DNA of 11,291 bases from Gemmatimonadota bacterium (GTDB taxonomy: Bacteria; Gemmatimonadota; Gemmatimonadetes; Palauibacterales; Palauibacteraceae). Location of the stretch: contig JBHIAV010000070.1 in assembly GCA_046758745.1 (NCBI GenBank), positions 1 to 11,291 on the forward strand. The letters are read 5' to 3'. The notes beneath the pieces were generated by a model. That model had not been told where the DNA came from and did not search any database. It was given only the letters and a program-made list of their open reading frames with translations. Positions 1 through 6,614 of the stretch are shown here, piece by piece. The position numbers were made by a program, and so were the translations under genes. Within the stretch, counting starts at the first letter, position 1, and each line of letters starts with the position of its first letter.

Positions 1-2
1 AG

Positions 3-75
<73 letters not shown>

Positions 76-87
76 AGCCAACCTTCA

Positions 88-159
88 TGCCCCCAAGGGG
101 AATCGAACCCCTCTCTCCACCTTGAAAGAGTGGTGTCCTAGCCGATAGACGATGGGGGC
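88..159 (-). tRNA. tRNA-Glu(TTC)
   Basis: Reverse complement GCCCCCATCGTCTATCGGCTAGGACACCACTCTTTCAAGGTGGAGAGAGGGGTTCGATTCCCCTTGGGGGCA. Anticodon arm CCACT-CTTTCAA-GGTGG; T-loop TTCGATT. No encoded CCA. Confidence 0.96.
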
Positions 160-202
160 GCGATTCCGCGGCTCCTCGACGCCGCTCTTCAGGGACTCCG
201 GA

Positions 203-277
203 TGCGTCCGGCAGGATTCGAACCTGCGACCCTCGGCTTAGAAGGCCGATGCTCTATCCAGGCTGAGCTACGGACGC
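203..277 (-). tRNA. tRNA-Arg(TCT)
   Basis: Reverse complement GCGTCCGTAGCTCAGCCTGGATAGAGCATCGGCCTTCTAAGCCGAGGGTCGCAGGTTCGAATCCTGCCGGACGCA. Anticodon arm TCGGC-CTTCTAA-GCCGA. No encoded CCA. Confidence 0.96.
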
Positions 278-369
278 CCACCGGGCCTCCCCGCCCCGGC
301 CCCCGCCCGTATCGAGCGACGACCGGGCACCGCTCCGCGCCTCCCGCCGCTTTGGCGATCGGCATCAGG

Positions 370-441
<72 letters not shown>

Positions 442-467
442 CGGTACCCGTCTCATAGAGCCTCGAG

Positions 468-540
468 CAGGGGCGGAGGGACTCGAACCCCCAACCGCCG
501 GTTTTGGAGACCGGTGCTCTGCCTGTTGAGCTACGCCCCT
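468..540 (-). tRNA. tRNA-Trp(CCA)
   Basis: Reverse complement AGGGGCGTAGCTCAACAGGCAGAGCACCGGTCTCCAAAACCGGCGGTTGGGGGTTCGAGTCCCTCCGCCCCTG. Anticodon arm CCGGT-CTCCAAA-ACCGG; G73 discriminator. Confidence 0.96.
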
Positions 541-563
541 ATAGTTCGCCCCTGTACTTCCGA

Positions 564-636
564 TGGCTGGGGACGGAATCGAACCGCCGACACCCGCGTT
601 TTCAGCGCGGTGCTCTACCAACTGAGCTACCCAGCC
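564..636 (-). tRNA. tRNA-Phe(GAA)
   Basis: Reverse complement GGCTGGGTAGCTCAGTTGGTAGAGCACCGCGCTGAAAACGCGGGTGTCGGCGGTTCGATTCCGTCCCCAGCCA. Anticodon arm CCGCG-CTGAAAA-CGCGG. Confidence 0.96.
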
Positions 637-725
637 GGGTGCATCGGCTCGACACCGAGGGGTACCCCGTGCAGGGCCCGCCCTCGCGGAGTGGGCCCAC
701 GCGCCCGTCCCCTCGGGCACACCAA

Positions 726-797
726 CTCCGGGGGGGGGATTCGAACCCCCGACCTAGTGGTTAACAGCCACCCGCTCTGCCGCTGAGCTACCCCGGA
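726..797 (-). tRNA. tRNA-Asn(GTT)
   Basis: Reverse complement TCCGGGGTAGCTCAGCGGCAGAGCGGGTGGCTGTTAACCACTAGGTCGGGGGTTCGAATCCCCCCCCCGGAG. Anticodon arm GGTGG-CTGTTAA-CCACT; U1-A72 and G73 as typical for tRNA-Asn. Confidence 0.96.
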
Positions 798-879
798 CCG
801 CGCTGGAGGACGCATGCCGCGCCTCGTGGCACGACCGGTGGACCGTCAGGCACACTCCTCGCTTTCAAGCCGCTCCGTC

Positions 880-920
880 AAAGCAAAACGCCCCGTCTGG
901 CATGGCCAGCGACACGGGGC
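880..920 (-). terminator. Putative intrinsic terminator-like hairpin downstream of tRNA-fMet
   Basis: Minus strand reads GCCCCGT-GTCG-CTGGC-CAT-GCCAG-ACGGGGC followed by GTTTTGCTTT: a GC-rich stem with one bulge and a U-rich tail. Confidence 0.55.
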
Positions 921-988
921 TTGCGGCGGAGACCACGGAGCCGGTGCCAGCGTGTTCAACCGCCGTGTCTGGGCCGCCCTGTGGTTCA

Positions 989-1062
<74 letters not shown>

Positions 1063-1074
1063 CCGCGGCCCACG

Positions 1075-1103
1075 ATGCTACTTCCGGGAAGGCTGCGTGT
1101 CAA
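1075..1103 (-). promoter_or_regulatory. Sigma70-type promoter of the tRNA array
   Basis: Minus strand: perfect -35 TTGACA (1103-1098), 17-nt spacer, -10 TAGCAT (1080-1075), then a GC-rich discriminator (CGTGGGCC) 12 nt ahead of tRNA-fMet, typical of stable-RNA promoters. Confidence 0.85.
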
Positions 1104-1199
1104 CCCGAGGGGACGACGCTAGCGCCTGAGCCGACCGCCACTTCCGACATACCTCTCCTGTCCCGCGTGCCGGCGAACGCGCCGTCCTGCCGCCTCCGC

Positions 1200-1228
1200 T
1201 TGCCGCGGCCGATCCCGTCGCCTAGCCT
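1200..1228 (+). promoter_or_regulatory. Sigma70-type promoter for glcD (probably leaderless transcript)
   Basis: TTGCCG (1200-1205), 17-nt spacer, TAGCCT (1223-1228). The ATG at 1235 sits where +1 is expected, and there is no Shine-Dalgarno upstream. Confidence 0.6.
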
Positions 1229-1234
1229 CGAAGC

Positions 1235-2626
1235 ATGAGCAACGTGGCGGGCCTCCCTCCCGAGCTCCTCTCCCGGCTGCGAGTCCTCCTCGGTCCCGAG
1301 GGGATCATCGTGGAGCCCGACCGTCTCCTGGCGTACGAGTCCGACGCGCTGACGACGATCCGGGGCACCCCGCGCGCGGTCTTCCTACCGCGCACGCGCG
1401 ACGAGTTGATCGAGACGGTGCGCGCGCTGCACGGAGCGGGCATCCCGTTCGTACCTCGCGGCGCGGGTACGGGACTGGCCGGCGGCGCGGTGGCACGTGG
1501 AGCGGCGCTGGTGTGCACGGCACGTATGACGCGCATCCTGGGCATCGATCCGCACGAGCGGATCGCCGAGGTGGAGCCAGGAGTCGTCACGGCGACCATC
1601 AGCGAGGCGGCCGCGCCGCATGGACTCCGCTACCTCCCTGATCCCGCGAGCGCGAGCGCCTGCACGATCGGCGGCAACGTGGCGACGAACTCGGGTGGGC
1701 CGCACTGCCTGAAGCACGGCGTGACCGCCGACCACGTCCTCGCCCTCGAAGCCGTGCTGCCGGACGGAGAGCCCATCGAGCTCCGGCGCGGGGAGGACGG
1801 CGGTCTAGATCTGGCCGGACTCTTTCTCGGGTCGGAGGGAACCTTCGGCATCGTCTCCCGCATCACGCTCGGTCTGGTGCCCGTCCCGGCCGCCGTAGGC
1901 GCCGTGCTCTCCCTCTTCGATCGGCTCGAGCAGGCGGGCGACGCCGTGTCCGAGATCCTCGCCGCGGGCGCCGTCCCGGTGGCGCTCGAGCTCATCGACC
2001 GGGCCACCATCACGGTCGTGGAAGGCTCGCCGTTCGCCACGGGGTTACGGACGGATGCCGCCGCTGCGCTCATCGTCGAGTGCGAGGGCGAGGCGGCGGA
2101 GGTGGTCGACGAGGAGCTCGGGCTCGTCGAGCAGGCCCTGCGCCGCACGGGAGCGCGGGAGCTGCGCGTCGCGCGGGACGAGGTGGCGCGGGCGGCGATC
2201 TGGAAGGCGCGGAAGGGAGCATACGGCGCGCTCGGCCGGCTGGCCCCGGACATCCTGGTGCAGGACGCGGTGGTCCCTCGCACGGCGCTTCCGGCGCTCC
2301 TGCCCGCCATCGAGCGGGTGGCGGAGGAGCACGGTCTGAGGCTGGCGAACTTCTTCCATGCGGGAGACGGGAACCTCCATCCCAATCTCCTCTTCGACGG
2401 CCGGGACCCGGACGAGGTGCGCCGGGTGGAGGCCGCCAGTGGCAGGATCATGCGCCTGTGCGTCGAGGCGGGCGGCACGATAACCGGTGAGCATGGGATC
2501 GGGCTGGACAAGCGCGCCTACATGTCAATTATCTTCAGTCCCGCCGAACTGGCGGCGCAGGTGGCGATCCGGGGCGCCTTCGACCCCGGCGGGCTGTGCA
2601 ACCCGGACAAGATCTTCCCGGCATAG
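1235..2626 (+). CDS. glcD: FAD-linked oxidase, glycolate/D-2-hydroxyacid oxidase subunit GlcD-like
   Basis: Motifs PRGAGTGLAGG, DPAS...CTIGGNVATNSGGPHCLKHGVT, GSEGTFGIV, HAGDGNLHP, GEHGIG and C-terminal DP..LCNPDKIFP. 463 aa; neighbours glcE- and glcF-like genes. Confidence 0.9.
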   Translation: MSNVAGLPPELLSRLRVLLGPEGIIVEPDRLLAYESDALTTIRGTPRAVFLPRTRDELIETVRALHGAGIPFVPRGAGTGLAGGAVARGAALVCTARMTRILGIDPHERIAEVEPGVVTATISEAAAPHGLRYLPDPASASACTIGGNVATNSGGPHCLKHGVTADHVLALEAVLPDGEPIELRRGEDGGLDLAGLFLGSEGTFGIVSRITLGLVPVPAAVGAVLSLFDRLEQAGDAVSEILAAGAVPVALELIDRATITVVEGSPFATGLRTDAAAALIVECEGEAAEVVDEELGLVEQALRRTGARELRVARDEVARAAIWKARKGAYGALGRLAPDILVQDAVVPRTALPALLPAIERVAEEHGLRLANFFHAGDGNLHPNLLFDGRDPDEVRRVEAASGRIMRLCVEAGGTITGEHGIGLDKRAYMSIIFSPAELAAQVAIRGAFDPGGLCNPDKIFPA

Positions 2627-2644
2627 AGGATCGACACCGGAGCC

Positions 2645-2938
2645 ATGGCGCGTTACCGGAGACGTGACTCGATCGAGACCCGGCTGGCCGAGGATCTCGA
2701 GGTCGAGGGTGTTCGCTACACGGTGGATCTCATCGCGAAGCGCGCGACGGGAGTGACCGGCTATCGCTTGACGCTCGCCTTTCTGGCGCGGGATGGCTCG
2801 CGAACGGCCTTCGTCGATCTCGAGCCAGCCCCGGGGCGCGAGGAGGCGAAGGCGCGGGCGGAGTCCCTCCGTTCCGACCCCGCAGCCCTCCGCGGCCTGC
2901 TGCGGGGAAGGTCCGAGGAGGGAGCCCCCGAGCCGTGA
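2645..2938 (+). CDS. Small hypothetical protein (97 aa)
   Basis: GGAG SD just before the ATG. Fills the glcD-glcE gap. Protein-like pattern of alternating beta-strands (VRYTVDLIA, YRLTLAFLA, TAFVDL) followed by helices. No family recognised. Confidence 0.7.
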   Translation: MARYRRRDSIETRLAEDLEVEGVRYTVDLIAKRATGVTGYRLTLAFLARDGSRTAFVDLEPAPGREEAKARAESLRSDPAALRGLLRGRSEEGAPEP

Positions 2939-2948
2939 GGCCCGGGCC

Positions 2949-4121
2949 CTGAGCTGGACCCTCTTCGAGGCGGTCGACGAGCTCGCCGGCTGGCTCGCCG
3001 CGAGGGATCGCAACGCCCCTCCACCTCTGATCACCGGGGCCGAGGCCGTCCCCACCGCGATGGACCTCTCGCCCGCGAGAAGCGAGGTGGTGGTTTCCAC
3101 AGCCCGCCTGGGGGGAATCACGGCTCATCGCGCCCGGGACCTGACCGTCACGGTCGGTGCGGGACTCCGGGTCGCCGAGCTGCTCGCATTCCTCGAGGCC
3201 CGCGGTCAGTGGGTCCCGGTTTCCGGCCCGGGTCTTTCCCTCTCCGTCGGCGGCCTCATCGCCGCGGCGCCGCCGGGCCCGCTCGACGCCTCGTTCGGGC
3301 CGGCTCGGCGCCTCCTTCTCGAGTGCCGAATGCTCTCCCCCGTCGGCACGCCTCTCCGCTGGGGCCGGCCGGTCGTCAAGAACGTGGCGGGCTACGACGT
3401 CCAGCGGCTCGTGTGTGGGAGCCGCGGCCGCCTCGGGGTGATCACCGAGGCGACCCTTCGCGTGTGGCCGAGACCGGCGGAGCGCAGGCTCTACGAGCTG
3501 TCGGGCGGGCCAGGGGCCGTCGAACTCGCCGCGCGCCTCGCCCTCGAGCACGCGGGAGAGTCGCCTCGGCCGGATGGGGCGAGCTGGGAGTGGCGCTCCG
3601 AAGATCCGGAGGGCCTCGGACACCTTCGCGTGGAGCTGCTGGGTAGTTCGGCCTCCGTCGCCGTGCGCGAACGGGCGCTTCTCGGCTGGGCGCGGCGAGC
3701 GAACGCCCGGGCCGAGCGTCTCTCCGACAGCAAGGCCTTTCCGGGGCGCACCACGACCCCTGGAGATCGCCACCGGCCGCTGGAACGGTCCGTCTTCCGC
3801 CTCACGGCAGCTCGTGGGTATGTTGCCGGTATCGTTCGGGGGGCGAGAGGCGCCGCGGGGGCACGCATCGTGCGGATGGAGGCCTATCCGATGAGGGGAG
3901 TCGTCCGCCTCGAGATAGAACGTGAACCCGGCACCGCGTTGGGCATGCTCGGCCGCGCCCTGGCGCTCCTCGGGCCGGTGAACGTGTGCGTGGAGCGAGG
4001 GAGCGCGGCTGAGCTTGCGCGGGCGGAGGGCCGGAGACCATCGGCCGAGCGACGGCTCGAAGCCAGGGTCGTGAAGGCGCTCGGCGGCTGGCCGCGCCAC
4101 TGGCTGGCCGACTACCTGTGA
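2949..4121 (+). CDS. glcE: FAD-binding subunit GlcE-like (start uncertain; divergent)
   Basis: Motifs DLTVTVGAG, SVGGLIA, GRPVVKNVAGYDVQRLVCGSRGRLGVITEATLRVWPRP (GlcE signature). The track start at ATG 2793 overlaps the upstream gene by 146 nt and reads as low-complexity sequence. In-frame CTG at 2949 with GAGG 8 nt upstream is preferred; ATG 3060 would truncate the domain. Confidence 0.8.
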   Translation: MSWTLFEAVDELAGWLAARDRNAPPPLITGAEAVPTAMDLSPARSEVVVSTARLGGITAHRARDLTVTVGAGLRVAELLAFLEARGQWVPVSGPGLSLSVGGLIAAAPPGPLDASFGPARRLLLECRMLSPVGTPLRWGRPVVKNVAGYDVQRLVCGSRGRLGVITEATLRVWPRPAERRLYELSGGPGAVELAARLALEHAGESPRPDGASWEWRSEDPEGLGHLRVELLGSSASVAVRERALLGWARRANARAERLSDSKAFPGRTTTPGDRHRPLERSVFRLTAARGYVAGIVRGARGAAGARIVRMEAYPMRGVVRLEIEREPGTALGMLGRALALLGPVNVCVERGSAAELARAEGRRPSAERRLEARVVKALGGWPRHWLADYL

Positions 4122-4296
4122 ATCCCGAGCCACCTGTAGGGGACGCGCTCGCGCGCGGGCCGACGGCTGCATCGTCCCCCGCTCGCCCCCGCCGCCGGGA
4201 CCGTCGTCCTCCCTCGCGCGGCCCCGGAGAGCCCCGTGTGGCGGCCGGCACTCCTCGCGGTGAGAAAGGCACGGGTGCAGTGAAGAGCGACCGAAC

Positions 4297-4905
4297 GTGA
4301 AGATCTACACGCGCCGGGGGGATCGGGGAGAGACGAGCCTGTTCGGAGGCGTCCGGGTCGCGAAGGCGGACCCGCGCGTCGCGGCGTACGGCACGATCGA
4401 CGAGCTGAACGCCGCGCTCGGTCTGGCGCTCGCCCTCGACGCGGACGGTCTCATCGACGACGCCGCCCTCGACGGCGTGCAGGCCGACCTCTTCACCCTC
4501 GGAGCCAGGCTCGCCGCGGCGCGGCCCGAGGAAGCGGCTCGCAAGGGATCTATCCCGGTGCTGGCACCGGCCCGGGTGAACGAGCTCGAGCGGCGGATCG
4601 ACCGGCTCGAGGCGGAACTGCCGCCGCTCGACGCTTTCGTCCTGCCCGGTGGCAGCGCCGCCGCGGCCCAGCTGCACGTAGCCCGGACCGTGTGCCGACG
4701 GGCGGAACGAGCGATCACGGCGCTACTGGCTAGCCAGCCCGACTTGGGCGATCTTGTTGTACCGTACATCAACCGGCTATCCGATCTTCTCTACTCTCTC
4801 GCGCGGGCGACGAACCTCAGGGCCGGGCGGGAGGAGTCCCGCTGGGAGCCCGTCCGGCGTCGGCCGCCGGGCGAAACTGGCGCTCGAGAGGGCGACGGAT
4901 CGTGA
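4297..4905 (+). CDS. pduO: ATP:cob(I)alamin adenosyltransferase, PduO/MMAB type
   Basis: N-terminal KIYTRRGDRGETSL, AYGTIDELN, QADLFTLGA, FVLPGGS, LHVARTVCRRAER, YINRLSDLLY. GTG start. Confidence 0.95.
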   Translation: MKIYTRRGDRGETSLFGGVRVAKADPRVAAYGTIDELNAALGLALALDADGLIDDAALDGVQADLFTLGARLAAARPEEAARKGSIPVLAPARVNELERRIDRLEAELPPLDAFVLPGGSAAAAQLHVARTVCRRAERAITALLASQPDLGDLVVPYINRLSDLLYSLARATNLRAGREESRWEPVRRRPPGETGAREGDGS

Positions 4906-6614
4906 CGAACAACGCGAGCGAGATCGAGCCGGAGGGAAGGGCACCGGCCGAAGCGGGTGTGGCGGCGGCCGAGGTCGATCCGCAGCTCGTGGCGGAGGTG
5001 CGCGAAGCCGTGGGGGCCGTGCTCAAGGCTGCCCGCGCGGCTCACTTCTACGTTCCGGGTAATCCACTCATCGAGAAGTTCGCCGGCGAGGCCCGACAGT
5101 GCTTCTCGGCTCTGTGGGAGCGGTTGCCCCACCTCTCGCTGGTGGTGGATGAGAGCCGCCTCCTGTGGCGGGGCGAAGAGGTGTACTCGGAGGCGCTCGG
5201 CCCGGACAACTTCGCGTTCCACCTGTTCAAGGACGGGATCCGTGTGCTCGCCTTCCTCCCCGGGATGGAGGGTGAAGAGCTGCGCGAGTTCCTTGATCTG
5301 GTCAGGCTGGGCAAGGCCGGCGGCGAGGCGGACGATGTGCTAACCACCCTGTGGCATCGCGACTTCTCGTTCATCCGATTCGAGTATGTCGACCTCTCGG
5401 CGGAAGAGGAAGGGATCGAGGTGCCGGCCCCCGACCGCGCCGCAGGCGAAGGAGAGAAGCTCGAGGATCTGTCGGAGATCGAGGAGGTCGTCGACGGCGG
5501 AGAGATCCCGGCCGAAGAGGCGCTCGACCTGGGGGCCGTGTACTTGAGCGACGCCGACCAGGCGTACCTGCGCCGCGAGATGGAGGCGGAGTGGCAGCGG
5601 TCGCTCAACCGAGACGTGACCCTGGCCTTGCTCGACCAGTTCGAGATGCGCGACCACGACCGCCGCCGGCAAGTGGTGGACATCCTGCGGGAGTTCCTGC
5701 CGCGGCTCCTCTCCGAGCGCGACTTCAGCGACGCCGCTCTGATCCTCAACGAGCTCCAGCTCCTGGCCAACCGGACCGGCGAGGTCACCACACAGGAGCT
5801 GGTGACGGCCCTCCTCCGTGACATGAGCGAGGCGGTCGCCGAGATGGTGGCTCCGGCCTCCGAGGGTGGTGCCACGCCCGACGAAGTCTCGGCCCTGCTC
5901 GGGGCGCTGCAAGCCGAGGCGATCCCGACCCTGGTGCGGGCCATACCGGCCGTCTCCAACCTGAAGACTCGCCGGCAGCTCACGCACTCGCTCGATCGGC
6001 TGGTGGGCGCGCATCCCCAGCAGATCATCGGGCTGCTGCGGTCGGATGACCCGGTCCTGGCGGGCGAGGCGGCTCGCATCGTCGCCCGGCTGCGCATAGC
6101 GGAGGCGGAGCCGGAGCTCGTCCGGCTCGTGAAGCGGCCCGAAGAGCCCGCCAGGCAGGCCGCGATCGAGGCACTGACCGCCCTTGGGTCCAGGGCCGGG
6201 GCGCAGGCGCTGTTCACGGCGCTCGAGGACGCGAGCCGGGAGGTGCGCCTCTCGGCGGCCCGCGCGATCTCCGAGCTGAAGCCGGAGGGAGCGGACCGGG
6301 TGATGCTCGGGTGGATCGGCGGTGCCGACCTCCGCGAGCGGGATCCGACCGAGCAGATGGCGTTCCTCAAGGCGTACGCGCTGGTGGCCGGCGAGAGCGG
6401 GGCGCGGGTGCTCGACGGGCTTCTCAACGGCCGCCGCTGGTACGGAGGCCGGCATCCTCCCTCGGTCCGGGCCAGCGCCGCCCGGGCGCTCGGCATGCTC
6501 GGCACCGATGAGGCCAGACGCGCCCTGGAGAAGGCGGCCGGAGACCGTAATGCGCAGGTGCGGAGTGCCGTGCGCGTCTCCCTGCGGGCGCTGGCGGGAG
6601 AGGAGGAGCAGTGA
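4902..6614 (+). CDS. HEAT-repeat protein with uncharacterised N-terminal domain
   Basis: C-terminal HEAT/PBS-lyase-like repeats (LAGEAARIVARL, ARQAAIEALTALG, VRLSAARAISEL, VRASAARALGMLG, VRSAVRVSLRAL), an acidic linker and a globular N-terminal domain. GTGA overlaps at both ends. Confidence 0.85.
   Translation: MTNNASEIEPEGRAPAEAGVAAAEVDPQLVAEVREAVGAVLKAARAAHFYVPGNPLIEKFAGEARQCFSALWERLPHLSLVVDESRLLWRGEEVYSEALGPDNFAFHLFKDGIRVLAFLPGMEGEELREFLDLVRLGKAGGEADDVLTTLWHRDFSFIRFEYVDLSAEEEGIEVPAPDRAAGEGEKLEDLSEIEEVVDGGEIPAEEALDLGAVYLSDADQAYLRREMEAEWQRSLNRDVTLALLDQFEMRDHDRRRQVVDILREFLPRLLSERDFSDAALILNELQLLANRTGEVTTQELVTALLRDMSEAVAEMVAPASEGGATPDEVSALLGALQAEAIPTLVRAIPAVSNLKTRRQLTHSLDRLVGAHPQQIIGLLRSDDPVLAGEAARIVARLRIAEAEPELVRLVKRPEEPARQAAIEALTALGSRAGAQALFTALEDASREVRLSAARAISELKPEGADRVMLGWIGGADLRERDPTEQMAFLKAYALVAGESGARVLDGLLNGRRWYGGRHPPSVRASAARALGMLGTDEARRALEKAAGDRNAQVRSAVRVSLRALAGEEEQ

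Noticed and set aside
730-738. G9 homopolymer as a possible phase-variation tract
   Set aside because: It is exactly the 3' T-stem plus acceptor-stem C run of tRNA-Asn and is required for pairing.
2793-2948. ORF-track N-terminal extension of glcE from ATG 2793
   Set aside because: It overlaps the 97-aa gene out of frame by 146 nt, lacks an SD, and reads as low-complexity non-GlcE sequence.
4122-4296. Possible cobalamin riboswitch upstream of pduO
   Set aside because: No recognisable AGGGAA / GCCACTG / B12-box consensus by eye; an Rfam scan would be needed to exclude it fully.
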